58,687 nucleotides of DNA from Mycobacteriales bacterium (GTDB lineage Bacteria; Actinomycetota; Actinomycetes; Mycobacteriales; QHCA01), in the NCBI GenBank assembly GCA_038276285.1, contig JBBPZR010000077.1, positions 1-58,687 of the forward strand. The letters are read 5' to 3'. Below the pieces are notes generated by a model. That model was not told the origin of the DNA and searched no databases. It saw only the letters and a program-made list of their open reading frames with translations. Position 1 is the first letter of the stretch. Each line of letters starts with the position of its first letter. A program made the position numbers and the translations under genes. Of the stretch, positions 19,570-29,641 are shown piece by piece.

Positions 19570-19601
19570 GCAGCGACCCGGGGGTGACCCCGGGCCGCCG
19601 C
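19570..19601. terminator. GC-rich hairpin between convergent genes
   Basis: CCCGGGG-GTGA-CCCCGGG core with imperfect extension and no U tract. Confidence 0.4.
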
Positions 19602-19621
19602 GTTCGTCAGGGGTGGACTGG

Positions 19622-20224
19622 TTACCAGTGATGAGCCACGTCGATGACGATCCGGCTGTGCGTGCCGGGACCGGCCAGCACGAAGACGCGGAACGGCAAC
19701 CGGGCTCGCGTCCCGACGGCGAACGTGGTGTAGCCCTCGAAGCTGCCGCCGTACACGACGTCGCGCAGCGTCTGGTAGCCGGAGACGTTGGCGACATGAG
19801 CGAAGACCGGGTGCGCATAGGTGATGTGACCGGTCTGGTCGTTCGTCGGATCGAGCAGTGTCACGCCGATGAGGGCGCCACCTGCGGTGTGCGACGACAT
19901 CGGAGCACCGGCGCCCTCGGTGTAGACCTCGCTCGCGTAGCTCACCCGATAGCCGTTGGCCGGCCCGTTGAACTCGAACACCAGGCGGTCGTAACAGACC
20001 TGCTGCCCGGTGCGACTGGTGATCAATGGCGCAGTGCTGAGGCTCCCGCCGGACTTCGGCAGGCTGCCCCACGTGATGCCGCAGGCGGTCGCACTGGCCG
20101 GCGCGGTGCGCGTACTCGCGCCCGCAACAGCAGGGACCACCAGTGCGGCGGCGAGCGGCAAGGCCAGGACGATCGCGATCAGCGCGGTCCTCGGCCGGTG
20201 CGGTACCTTCTTCCACGCTGTCAT
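19622..20224 (-). CDS. Secreted AMIN-like domain protein
   Basis: AAGGAGG RBS, signal peptide, YDRLVFEF, GSFEG and PFRV...RIVIDVAH. Confidence 0.8.
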   Translation of the reverse strand: MTAWKKVPHRPRTALIAIVLALPLAAALVVPAVAGASTRTAPASATACGITWGSLPKSGGSLSTAPLITSRTGQQVCYDRLVFEFNGPANGYRVSYASEVYTEGAGAPMSSHTAGGALIGVTLLDPTNDQTGHITYAHPVFAHVANVSGYQTLRDVVYGGSFEGYTTFAVGTRARLPFRVFVLAGPGTHSRIVIDVAHHW

Positions 20225-20484
20225 CGCAGCGTCCTCCTTCTGTGTCAGGTGGCGTCGTTGCCGCCGGATGCTGAATATGACGCGCAGCATCGGCAAACGG
20301 TTGACTGCGTCGCCTACCCGACATGACCAGCCGGATAGCGGGAACATCGCCGCCGTACGGTAGGTTGATCATCGATGACGGCGAATCAGCCGTCGCTTTC
20401 CGCGGGCGAGCCGCCCGCAAGGTCGTTAGCGTGACAGTCCCTGTTCGCCGATGCGGCCCTACCGGTGACAGGAGTCTCCAAACC

Positions 20485-21927
20485 GTGGCACGTCCACAAA
20501 GCCGTCATACCCGCACGTCCACCCGCCCCCGTACCGGCGGCTTCTCCCAGCCCCGCCGACCGGCCGGGCCTTCGGAGCTCGAGCTCGCCTTCGTGGCGGC
20601 CGAGGCCGCTGCGCCGCCCGCGGCACAGACCTTCGCCGAGATGGGTCTGCCTCAGCGCCTGGTGACCGCGCTCGAGCGCCGCGACATTCGCGCGCCGTTC
20701 GCCATCCAGGCCCGCACCATGCCCGACGCGCTGACCGGCCGTGACGTCCTTGGCCGGGCCCAGACCGGGTCCGGCAAGACGCTCGCGTTCGGTCTGCCCT
20801 TGCTGGCTCGCCTGATCGGCTCACTTCGCACGCCCGGTGCCCCGCGCGGCCTCGTGCTCGTACCGACCCGAGAGCTGGCCAACCAGGTGGCCGAGGCCTT
20901 GGCCCCGCTCGGCCAGGCGGTCGACCTGCGGGTCGCCACCGTGTACGGCGGAGCCTCGATGGGCCGGCAGATCAGCGCACTGCGCCGCGGCGTCGACGTC
21001 GTCATCGCCACGCCCGGTCGGCTGCTCGACCTGATCGGCCAGGGGGAGTGCTCGCTGCGCCAGGTCTCGATCACGGTCGTGGACGAGGCCGACTACATGG
21101 CCGACCTCGGCTTCCTGCCCGTCGTCACCGAGTTGCTCGACCAGACGACGCCGGGCTCCCAGCGGATGCTGTTCTCGGCGACGCTCGACAACGGTGTCGA
21201 TCGACTGGTCCGCCGCTTCCTCACCGACCCGGCGACGCACGCGGTGGCTCCGGTCTTTGCCGTGATATCCACGATGGATCACCGCAGCTTCACCGTGCAG
21301 CCCGGCGACAAGGTGAGCGTCGCCACCGAGATCGCGGCCCGCGATGGTCGATCGCTGTTTTTCGTACGTACCAAGCACGGGGCCGAGCGCCTCGCCAAGC
21401 AGCTGCGCACCGCCGGACTCGACGCCGGAGCGCTGCACGGCAACCTCGCGCAGAACGCCAGGCAGCGCGCCCTCAACGCGTTTGCCGCGGGCACCTCGCC
21501 GGTGCTCGTCGCTACCGACGTCGCGGCTCGCGGCATCCATGTCGACGACATCGACCTCGTCGTGCACTTCGACCCGCCGGCCGACCACAAGGACTACCTG
21601 CACCGCTCGGGGCGCACCGCCCGGGCCGGCGCCAGTGGCCTGGTGCTCTCGTTGCTGCTGCCCGAGCAGGTACGCGACGCCGACCGGATGCACGGTCTCG
21701 CCGGCGTGCGGCCGTCAGCCGCGGTGCGGGTGCGACCCGGGCACGACGAGGTACGCCAGTTGGCTTCCTCCGGCACGCCGGTCGTCATCGTCGCCCGGCC
21801 GCCGGCTGCCGCACCGGAGGCTTCGCGCCGACCGGGTCGGCCCGCCGGTTCATGGTCTGGCCGCCCGAACTCAGGTGGCGGAAACCGCCGCCACCCGCGT
21901 CACGCGCGACCCGCTCCTAATTCCTGA
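20485..21927 (+). CDS. DEAD-box RNA helicase
   Basis: Q motif, AQTGSGKT, PTRELA, TPGRL, DEAD, SAT, ARGI and HRSGRTAR. AGGAG RBS before GTG 20485. Confidence 0.95.
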   Translation: MARPQSRHTRTSTRPRTGGFSQPRRPAGPSELELAFVAAEAAAPPAAQTFAEMGLPQRLVTALERRDIRAPFAIQARTMPDALTGRDVLGRAQTGSGKTLAFGLPLLARLIGSLRTPGAPRGLVLVPTRELANQVAEALAPLGQAVDLRVATVYGGASMGRQISALRRGVDVVIATPGRLLDLIGQGECSLRQVSITVVDEADYMADLGFLPVVTELLDQTTPGSQRMLFSATLDNGVDRLVRRFLTDPATHAVAPVFAVISTMDHRSFTVQPGDKVSVATEIAARDGRSLFFVRTKHGAERLAKQLRTAGLDAGALHGNLAQNARQRALNAFAAGTSPVLVATDVAARGIHVDDIDLVVHFDPPADHKDYLHRSGRTARAGASGLVLSLLLPEQVRDADRMHGLAGVRPSAAVRVRPGHDEVRQLASSGTPVVIVARPPAAAPEASRRPGRPAGSWSGRPNSGGGNRRHPRHARPAPNS

Positions 21928-21980
21928 CTGGCTCAGCTCAGCGGGGCGCGACCTGCGAGGTCGTAGTCGAGCATGCGTAG

Positions 21981-22112
21981 CTGGTGGCCGGGTCGGTCTT
22001 CCTTGGTGGTGCAGCGCTTGGGCTGGTGGGTGCGTTGCTGGCCCTTCCGGTGGCGGCGGCGCTGCTGTTGATCGACCGCGAAGTCCTGGTGCGCCCGCTC
22101 GATGCCATGTGA
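21981..22112 (+). pseudogene. AI-2E-family transporter C-terminal remnant
   Basis: VFLGGAALGLVGALLALPVAAALLLIDREV..RPLD* matches the family's GG...G..GALLA.P.AA terminal motif. An in-frame TAG precedes it. Confidence 0.55.
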
Positions 22113-22152
22113 CGCACCAGTTCTTCCCCAGATCTCTTATCGTGCCGCCGAG

Positions 22153-23208
22153 CTAGGGGCGCACCTCGTAGACGATGTTGAACGGGGTCTCGGCCGCCTG
22201 ACGGAACCGCGTGAACCCGGCGTCGGTCATGATCTGCCGGATGCCGGCCTCGCCGGCCTGGGCGCCGAGGGAATAGCCGCCCGGCTGGGAGAGTGCGTTC
22301 GGGACACACAGCAGGGTCGAGAACGAGTAGTAGATCCGCCCGACCGGGTTGAGGTTGTCGGCGACCGCATTCTGGGCGAAGGGTTCGACGACCAGCCAGG
22401 TCCCGTCGGCGGCCAGCGACTCGCGGATGTGCCGGGCGGCACCCAGCGGGTCGCCCATGTCATGCAGGCAGTCGAACGTCGCCACCAGGTCGTAGCCGGT
22501 GCCGCTGAATGTCTGGGCCGAGGCGACCTCGAAGCTGACCCGCTCGGTGACGCCTGCGTCGGCGCCCCGTTTGCGCGCCGAGTCGATCGACTCCTGGTGG
22601 TAGTCGGAGGCGACGAAGCTCGACTGCGGGTACGCCTTGGCCATGAGGATCGTGGAAGCACCCAGCCCGCAGCCGACGTCAGCCACCCGTGCTCCCGCGC
22701 CCAGCTTGTCCTCGACGCCATCGAGGGCCGGAATCCAGCTCGCGACGAGGTTGCCGATGTAGTTGGGCCGGAAGAAGCGCTCGCACCCGACGAAGACCTC
22801 CGGGTCGTGCTCGTGCCAGCCGAGGCCCTCGCCGGTCCGGAACGCCTCGGAGATCCGGGGCTCGGCCCGCAGCACGCCGAGCGCGAACTGGAAGGCACCC
22901 GGTAGGTAGAGGGGGCCATCCGGGTCGGTGAGGGCGAAGACCTGCTCCTCGGTCAGCGAGTACGTGTCGCTGTCGGCGTCGTAGACGACGTAGCCGCCGG
23001 CCGCCTGCCCGCGCAGCCATTCGGTCACGTAGCGCGTGTCGGTCTCGGTGCGCTGGGCGAGGTCGTGCGCCGTCGCCGGCCCGGTGGCCAACGCGCGGTA
23101 CAGCCCGAGCCGGTCACCGATCACGACGCTGCCCGCGGCGACGGTGGCGCCCAGATCTGCGACGAACTGCCCCAGAAATGCCATCAACTTGTCCTGGTCC
23201 ACGGCCAT
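22153..23208 (-). CDS. Class I SAM-dependent methyltransferase with N-terminal winged helix (Rv2258c-like)
   Basis: AAGGAGG RBS, GDRLGLY, RYVTEWL, VADVGCGLG, FDCLHDMGDP and LGAQAGE. Confidence 0.92.
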   Translation of the reverse strand: MAVDQDKLMAFLGQFVADLGATVAAGSVVIGDRLGLYRALATGPATAHDLAQRTETDTRYVTEWLRGQAAGGYVVYDADSDTYSLTEEQVFALTDPDGPLYLPGAFQFALGVLRAEPRISEAFRTGEGLGWHEHDPEVFVGCERFFRPNYIGNLVASWIPALDGVEDKLGAGARVADVGCGLGASTILMAKAYPQSSFVASDYHQESIDSARKRGADAGVTERVSFEVASAQTFSGTGYDLVATFDCLHDMGDPLGAARHIRESLAADGTWLVVEPFAQNAVADNLNPVGRIYYSFSTLLCVPNALSQPGGYSLGAQAGEAGIRQIMTDAGFTRFRQAAETPFNIVYEVRP

Positions 23209-23260
23209 TTTTCCTCCTTGGTAGGGCCGGTATCGACCAGCACAAGGTGCCTCCCGACCC

Positions 23261-23301
23261 TTGCAGCCATGTTGCAACGGCGGTGCAATATGCACTTGCA
23301 A
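23261..23301. promoter_or_regulatory. TTGCAA-like direct repeats with 11-bp period
   Basis: TTGCAG 23261, TTGCAA 23272, GTGCAA 23283 and TTGCAA 23296 in the divergent promoter region. Confidence 0.6.
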
Positions 23302-23333
23302 GACTGGGCCGTCCACTTGAGAGGGAGGTCCGC

Positions 23334-25433
23334 ATGCGCGCAATCCAGCCCGACACCGAGGGATACGTCGAGCGCGACGGGGTCAAGATCGGCTACGAGG
23401 TCTTCGGCAGCGGCGACCCGACGATCCTGCTGCTGCCGACCTGGTCGATCGTGCACTCCCGCGTGTGGAAGGCCCAGGTCGCGTACTTGGCCAGGCACTT
23501 CCGGATGATCACCTACGATCCCCGCGGCAACGGGCGCAGTGACCGCCCGACCGACCCCGCCGCATACGCCTCCCGCGAGATCTACGAGGACGGTGTGGCA
23601 GTGCTCGATGCGACAGCCACCGAGACCGCGGTGGCGGTCGGCGTCTCGTTGGGGGCAGGACACCTGCTGGGCCTAGCTGCGCACCATCCCGAGCGGGTGC
23701 TGGGTGCGGTCTTCGTCGCCTCCGCGGTCAGCCTCGGCGACCCCCCGACCGACCGGCCGAGCTACAGCTTCGACGACCAACTGGACACCGACGAGGGCTG
23801 GGCGAAGTTCAACCGGCATTACTGGTTGCGCGACTGGCCCGGCTTCCTGGAGTTCTTCCACGCACAGGTCATGAGCGAGCCGCACTCGACCAAGCAGATC
23901 GAGGACGCAGTCGGCTGGGGCCTGGACACCACCCCCGAGGCCATCGCGGCCACCCAGCCCGCGCGCTATCTGAACGAGGGCGCCGGGGACCTGGCGGCCC
24001 GGGTGCAGTGTCCCTGCCTCGTCGTACACGGCACCGAGGACAAGATCGTTGACGTGAGCAACGGCGAGCGGCTGGCCGCAGCCCTCGGCTGCGAGTTGGT
24101 GCTGTTCGAAGGTTCCGGGCACCTGCCCTTGGCCCGCGATCCGGTCCGCTTCAACCTGCTGCTGCGCGACTTCGTCGACCGGGTACGCCCTGCTGACGAC
24201 AGCGTTCGTACGTGGACCCGCGCCCGGTCCCGAGCGCCGCGGGCGCTGTACCTGTCCTCGCCCATCGGGCTGGGTCACGCGCTGCGCGACGTCGCCATCG
24301 CAGGCGAGCTGCGCAAGCAGCACCCCGACCTCGAGATCGACTGGCTGGCGCAGCACCCGGTGACCGACGTGCTCGCGGCCCGCGGCGAGCGGGTGCACCC
24401 CGCGTCGGAATGGCTGGCGAGCGAGTCGGCGCACATCGAGGGCGAAGCGGCCGAGCACGACCTGCACTGCTTCCAGGCGTGGCGGAAGATGGACGAGATC
24501 CTCGTTGCCAACTTCCACGTGCTGCACGACGTGCTGGAAGAGGGTCACTACGACCTGGTCGTGGGCGACGAGGCATGGGACGCCGACTACTACTGGCACG
24601 AGAATCCGGAGCTCAAGCGGACCGCTTTCGCCTGGCTCACCGACTTCGTCGGCTGGCTGCCGATGCCGGCCGGAGGCGACCGTGAGGCGTCGGTGGCCGC
24701 CGACTACAACGCCGAGATGATCGAGCAGGTCGAGCGGTATCCACGGGTGCGCGACCGGGCGATCTTCGTCGGGAGCACCGACGACATCGTCCCTGATCGC
24801 TTCGGCCCGGGACTTCCCGCGATTCGCGAGTGGGTCGCCGAGCACTACGACTTCTCCGGCTATGTCACGGGCTTCGATCCTGCCACGCTGGCCGACCGGG
24901 CGGCGCTGCGTGCGGAACTCGGCTACCACCCCGATGAGCATGTCTGCCTGGTGACCGTGGGCGGCTCCGGCGTCGGCGCCGCTCTGCTGCGGCGGGTCAT
25001 CGCGGCGTATCCGCTCGCGCACGAGGCGGTGCCCGGTCTGCGCATGGTGGTCGTCGCTGGGCCGCGGATCGACCCCGCGTCGCTGCCGTCGTACCCGGGT
25101 CTGGAGGTGCGCGCGTACGTCGACGGGCTCTACCGGCACCTGGCCGCCTGCGACCTGGCCGTCGTACAGGGTGGCCTGACCACCTGCATGGAGCTCGCCG
25201 CCAGCCGCAGACCGTTCCTGTACTTCCCCCTGCGCAACCACTTCGAGCAGAACTTTCATGTGCGTCACCGGCTCGATCGTTACGGCGCCGGTCGTTGCAT
25301 GGATTACGGCAGCACCGATCCGGAGACGCTGGCTGCGGCCATAGCCGCGGAGATCGGGCGGACCGTCGATTACCGGCCGGTGGAGACCGACGGCGCGGCG
25401 CGGGCAGCGGCACTCATCGCGAATCTGGTGTGA
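23334..25433 (+). CDS. Alpha/beta hydrolase fused to a GT-B glycosyltransferase domain
   Basis: GGAGG RBS. DPRGNGRS, GVSLG nucleophile, HGTED and GSGH; then SPIGLGH..RD, VTVGGSG, QGGLTT..E and HFEQ. Confidence 0.9.
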   Translation: MRAIQPDTEGYVERDGVKIGYEVFGSGDPTILLLPTWSIVHSRVWKAQVAYLARHFRMITYDPRGNGRSDRPTDPAAYASREIYEDGVAVLDATATETAVAVGVSLGAGHLLGLAAHHPERVLGAVFVASAVSLGDPPTDRPSYSFDDQLDTDEGWAKFNRHYWLRDWPGFLEFFHAQVMSEPHSTKQIEDAVGWGLDTTPEAIAATQPARYLNEGAGDLAARVQCPCLVVHGTEDKIVDVSNGERLAAALGCELVLFEGSGHLPLARDPVRFNLLLRDFVDRVRPADDSVRTWTRARSRAPRALYLSSPIGLGHALRDVAIAGELRKQHPDLEIDWLAQHPVTDVLAARGERVHPASEWLASESAHIEGEAAEHDLHCFQAWRKMDEILVANFHVLHDVLEEGHYDLVVGDEAWDADYYWHENPELKRTAFAWLTDFVGWLPMPAGGDREASVAADYNAEMIEQVERYPRVRDRAIFVGSTDDIVPDRFGPGLPAIREWVAEHYDFSGYVTGFDPATLADRAALRAELGYHPDEHVCLVTVGGSGVGAALLRRVIAAYPLAHEAVPGLRMVVVAGPRIDPASLPSYPGLEVRAYVDGLYRHLAACDLAVVQGGLTTCMELAASRRPFLYFPLRNHFEQNFHVRHRLDRYGAGRCMDYGSTDPETLAAAIAAEIGRTVDYRPVETDGAARAAALIANLV

Positions 25434-28400
25434 CCCCGGAGTCGGCGGCATCGGCGAGGAGGTCGCGCGACGCCTGTTCGATGCCGGCCATCCCGTGCCG
25501 CGTGGCCAAGTCCCGAGCGCGCTCGAACTCTCTGCGCGCTCCGGCCGCGTCACCACGCATCAGCGCGCACCGGCCGGCCACCAGCGAGCCCTCGGCCAGG
25601 GCGCTCACCCATGGCACGCGGCCGGCGGCCGACAGCATCGGCGCCAGTGCGGCGGCGGCCCGGTCTTGGCGCCCCGCGACGAGCCAGGCCCGGGCCACGC
25701 CGAGGTAGGCGTCGGCTCCGAGCAGCCAGGCGCAACCGGCGGGTGCATCGATGCCATTCAGAAGGCGGTCGGCCTCGTCCAGCGCTGCCGAGGATCCCGT
25801 CGCTTCGGCCAGCGCGGCCAGATGGCGCAGCCGGTAGGCCTCGGTGCCACTGTGCTGGCCGCCTGAAGGGGTATCCGCCAGGACGTCAGCGGCCGCCGCA
25901 TGCTCACCCCGCTCGAGCAGGGTGGTGGCGAGCATCGCCGCTGCCGTACTCACCCACCAGGCGTGCCCGACGTTCTTCGACGCCGCAACCGCCCGGCGGC
26001 CATGGCCGACCGCGTCGTCGTACCGGCCCTGCTGCCTGGCCACCCAGCCGAGGTGGGCTGTGAACCACCCCTCATACGAGAGATACCCGCTGCGCCGGTT
26101 GAGGGCCAAGGCGGCCTCGATGTAGTGCGCAGCGGACGGCCAGTCGGCGGCGGCGATGAAGGGAAAAGACGACTCGAACACCGTCCACTGCAGCCGGAAA
26201 AGGTCACCCGCCCGGCGCAGCAACGGCTCCAGCTCGGCCAAGATCGGCTCGAGTTCGGCCACCTCGCCCAGATAAGCGAAGCCGGTCTTCGCGCCGTCCA
26301 GCGCCATGGCCAGCGCGACCGGATCGCTCGTGGCCCTGGCCACCGTGATGGCGCGCCGCCCCATTTCCACGCCGTCCCGCAGGCGCAACTGGTTGCAGTT
26401 CAGGACCGCCAGCCGGGACAGCAGGTCGGCCTGGATCCCCCGGTCGCCTAGTGACTCGGCGATGCGCAGCCCGGCCTCGATGGGAGCGATGCAGGCTTCC
26501 GTCGGCAGCCCTAGCGCCGCGGCCGTGTCACCACCGAGTTCGCGTAGCGCGAGCATCTCGAGGCGGGCATCACCGCTGTCGCGCGCGAGCCCGACGGCCA
26601 CCTCATGATCGGCAACAGCGGCCTCATAGCTGGCCAGCGCCTCGCGGGCCCGGCCTCGGGCCAGATGAGCGCGGCCGCGCACCTCGAGGTCACCGGCCTC
26701 CGTGGCGGCAGCGATGGCCCGGTCGAGCAGGAGCTCGGCGTCGGCTGCAGCGAATCGCTGCATCGCTTCCTCGGCCGCCCGCAACCACCCACGGGCGGCC
26801 CGGCCGAGGTCGCCAAAGGCCGCGGCATGGGCCGCCATCGCCTCCGGCTGGTCGGCAAGCAGGGCGGCCGCTCGCTCGTGGTAAGCCAGCCGTGTCGGCG
26901 CCGGCGTCGTGGCATAGAGCACCTCGCGGACCAGATCGTGGGCGAACTCATATGCCCGGCCGGCCACTACGACGAGCCGCAGACGCAGCAGGTCCTCGCA
27001 GGTGCGCACAGCCTCGCCCGGCGGCAGGTCCAGCAGCCGGGCCACCATCGTCGGCTCGAACGGTGATCCGAGTACGGCGGCGGCCCGAAGCATCCGCTCG
27101 ATCTCCGCGCCGGCTCGGCGGACCCGGGCCAGTACGACTTCCTGCAGCGTTCCGGCGACCTGCAGCTCGCCGGACGTCAGTCCGCGCAGCGTCTCGACCA
27201 CGTACAGCGTGTGTCCGCCGGTGCGGCGCAGAATCGCCTCGGCATGCCCCCCGTGACCAGCCGCCTGCGCGAGCCCGGCGACGGCATCTGCCGGGAGTGG
27301 ACCGACGTCGATCCTGGTCGCGACGTCGGTGAGCCTGCTCAGCGCCTCCGCGCCCTCCTCGGTGCGAACCGTCGCTACGACCAGCAACCGGCTGCCGGCC
27401 GCCTGCCGGCGGAGGTAGTGCAGCAGTTCGAGCACGGACAGACTTGCGTTGTGCAGATCGTCGATCAGCAGCAGGGCGGGCCGGCGTTCGGAGAGCCGTT
27501 TGAGGAAGATCGTCACCGCGTCGAAGGTGCGACGTCGCTCGACCTCGACCGTGCCCCGGTCGGCATTGAACGGGCCGAGGACGGAGGCGACCTCTGGGAC
27601 GAGGGCCGCCAGCAAACCGGCCCGCTCTCCCGCAATGTCGCGGAGCACCGCCGGGGAGATGCGCTGTGCCTCTGCGGTTAGTGCGTCAACAACGGGTTGC
27701 AAGAACAGTGATCGCTCGGCCTCATAACACCGAGCCGTGAGCACCTCCCCGCCGGTCTCCTCGGCCAGCCGCGCCACCTCCTCGGTCAGCCTCGTCTTGC
27801 CGATGCCAGCCTCACCGGTGACCAGCAGCAGCGCCGGGTGTCCCTCGGTGGCCGCGGTCCAGGCGCGCCGCAGAGCCGCGACCTCCGCCTCGCGGCCGGC
27901 GAGCACGGCCTTGGCAGCTGACGATCTTGGGGGGCGGAGCGCCTCGCGGGTCACGAGTTCAACCTCCTGCTCGCGGAGTACTGCGAGGTGCACGTCGCGC
28001 GTCTCCGGTGCCGGGTCGGTGCCGAGATCGGCGACCAGGACAGCGCGGAGTCGTTCGTAGGCGGCCAGAGCGGCCGCGGGCTGCCCTGCTGCCTGGTGGG
28101 ACCGCATGAGCGCCCGGGCGGCCACCTCGTCGAGCGGGTCGGCCGCCAGCGCCTGCCCGGCCATTTCGGCTGCATCGGCGGGCTCGCCAACGCTCAGCGC
28201 GGCCTCGGCAGCCAGCAGCCGGACCCGCCGGAGTAGCCGATGAGCACTCGCGCGGGCCGCCTCGGCCCAGTCGGCATCGGGCTCGTCCGGCAGGAGGGCG
28301 CCCTCACCGAGCAGGTCCAGCGCCTTGCGGGCGGCCGTCACGGCCAGCGCCGGAGCCGGCCCGAGGCAGGCCTCTGCCTGTGCGGCGAGCCGCTCGGCCT

Positions 28401-28713
28401 CGTCGACGTCGACCCGCACGTCGGCGGTGTAGGCCAGGGCGTAACCAGCCGGGCCGCCGCGGATGATCGACGCACCGAGCGCCCGGCGGAGCCGACTGAC
28501 CAGCGTGGCGACGTTGCTGGCCGGTCGCTCCGGTGGATCATCACCCCAGAGGGCCTCGATGATGCGGCCGGTGGTCACGAACCCACCTCGCTCGACGACC
28601 AGCATCTGGAGCAGCCGGCGCCCCTTCCGGCTGCCGACGTCGGCGTCGTCGAGTGACAGGCCGTCGACCGAGACGCGGAGGGTCCCGATCAGTCGGAATC
28701 CAACCGGGGTCAC
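25414..28713 (-). CDS. SARP/AfsR-like regulator: winged helix + BTAD + AAA ATPase + TPR
   Basis: VSRLRRALG, DVDE, DPLDE...ELG-like DLGTDP, Walker A GEAGIGKT, Walker B LLIDDLH, and helical repeats. The ORF is open to 28806; GTG 28713 was chosen as start. Confidence 0.88.
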   Translation of the reverse strand: MTPVGFRLIGTLRVSVDGLSLDDADVGSRKGRRLLQMLVVERGGFVTTGRIIEALWGDDPPERPASNVATLVSRLRRALGASIIRGGPAGYALAYTADVRVDVDEAERLAAQAEACLGPAPALAVTAARKALDLLGEGALLPDEPDADWAEAARASAHRLLRRVRLLAAEAALSVGEPADAAEMAGQALAADPLDEVAARALMRSHQAAGQPAAALAAYERLRAVLVADLGTDPAPETRDVHLAVLREQEVELVTREALRPPRSSAAKAVLAGREAEVAALRRAWTAATEGHPALLLVTGEAGIGKTRLTEEVARLAEETGGEVLTARCYEAERSLFLQPVVDALTAEAQRISPAVLRDIAGERAGLLAALVPEVASVLGPFNADRGTVEVERRRTFDAVTIFLKRLSERRPALLLIDDLHNASLSVLELLHYLRRQAAGSRLLVVATVRTEEGAEALSRLTDVATRIDVGPLPADAVAGLAQAAGHGGHAEAILRRTGGHTLYVVETLRGLTSGELQVAGTLQEVVLARVRRAGAEIERMLRAAAVLGSPFEPTMVARLLDLPPGEAVRTCEDLLRLRLVVVAGRAYEFAHDLVREVLYATTPAPTRLAYHERAAALLADQPEAMAAHAAAFGDLGRAARGWLRAAEEAMQRFAAADAELLLDRAIAAATEAGDLEVRGRAHLARGRAREALASYEAAVADHEVAVGLARDSGDARLEMLALRELGGDTAAALGLPTEACIAPIEAGLRIAESLGDRGIQADLLSRLAVLNCNQLRLRDGVEMGRRAITVARATSDPVALAMALDGAKTGFAYLGEVAELEPILAELEPLLRRAGDLFRLQWTVFESSFPFIAAADWPSAAHYIEAALALNRRSGYLSYEGWFTAHLGWVARQQGRYDDAVGHGRRAVAASKNVGHAWWVSTAAAMLATTLLERGEHAAAADVLADTPSGGQHSGTEAYRLRHLAALAEATGSSAALDEADRLLNGIDAPAGCAWLLGADAYLGVARAWLVAGRQDRAAAALAPMLSAAGRVPWVSALAEGSLVAGRCALMRGDAAGARREFERARDLATRHGMAGIEQASRDLLADAADSGVTPDSR

Positions 28714-28842
28714 GGTCGCGCCACGCGCGCGTTCACGATCCCTTGCTACGCGTCTCGACAGCCTCGTACAAGCACAATCCCGGAACTGCTGCCCGGTTCT
28801 GAGCATCGTTTCTTAAGTACGCACAGACCGACATCGCCGCGA

Positions 28843-28875
28843 GGGGTCGAGCCGGGGTCGAGCCGGAGTCGAGCC
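28843..28875 (+). repeat. 3 x 11-bp tandem repeat GG(G/A)GTCGAGCC
   Basis: Copies at 28843, 28854 and 28865, between the divergent SARP and ECF sigma genes. Confidence 0.85.
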
Positions 28876-28957
28876 ATCGCGGCATCGATGCCCCTGCGAT
28901 CGACCGGTCTGGCGTCCGCGGTTGATCGGGAACCGAATCGCTGCGCGAGGTGTGACC

Positions 28958-29641
28958 ATGGCGGGTGCACGCTCGAGAGAGGATCAGATCGGGATGCCGA
29001 GGCGGGGTGCGACACGCGCGACACGGGGTGACCGCTGGGCGGATCGCCCCGCCCTCGCGTCTGTCGGGCGGCGGTACGGCGGAGACACCGACGAAGCGGT
29101 CCTCCTGCATGACGCACGCACCGGCCATGCGGCGGCGTACGAGGAACTGGTCCGGCGGCATCAGGCCGCGGCCTACCGCACCGCGACCATGATCGCGGGG
29201 GCGGCCGATGCCGCTGACGTTGCGCAGGAGGCGCTGGTCAAGGCCTACCGGGCGCTGCCCCGGCTGCGTGCCGACGCGCCATTTCGTCCCTGGCTACTGG
29301 CCATCGTCACCAATGAGGCTCGCAACCGACGACGCTCGACCCGGCGGTACGGCGCTGCTGTGCAGCGGGCGGGCGGCCTCGCGACCACCGAGACGCCGGA
29401 GGATCCGGCCGACCGTGCGGTGAGCGCCGAGCGCCGTCAGGTCCTGTTGGCGGCGATCCGCCGCCTTCCCGAACGCGATCAACTGGTGATCTCGTGCCGC
29501 TATCTGATGGAGCTGACCGCGGCGGAGACCGCCCAGGCGCTGCGCTGTCCGGAGGGGACGGTCAAGTCGCGGCTGTCGCGGGCCCTCGGCCGGCTCCGCG
29601 ACGGCCTGGACGAACCGGCGCAGCGGAGGGACCCGCGATGA
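28958..29641 (+). CDS. ECF sigma-70 factor
   Basis: AYEELV, DVAQEA, FRPWLLAI..N and region 4 GTVKSRLSRA. Start is uncertain (28922-28994). Confidence 0.9.
   Translation: MAGARSREDQIGMPRRGATRATRGDRWADRPALASVGRRYGGDTDEAVLLHDARTGHAAAYEELVRRHQAAAYRTATMIAGAADAADVAQEALVKAYRALPRLRADAPFRPWLLAIVTNEARNRRRSTRRYGAAVQRAGGLATTETPEDPADRAVSAERRQVLLAAIRRLPERDQLVISCRYLMELTAAETAQALRCPEGTVKSRLSRALGRLRDGLDEPAQRRDPR

Noticed and set aside
23673-25556. 627-aa minus-strand ORF and similar long antisense ORFs (14941-16293, 46702-48024, 7013-8326)
   Set aside because: Shadow frames of well-supported genes in high-GC DNA, with no family motifs. Only the NRAMP fragment inside 7013-8326 is kept.
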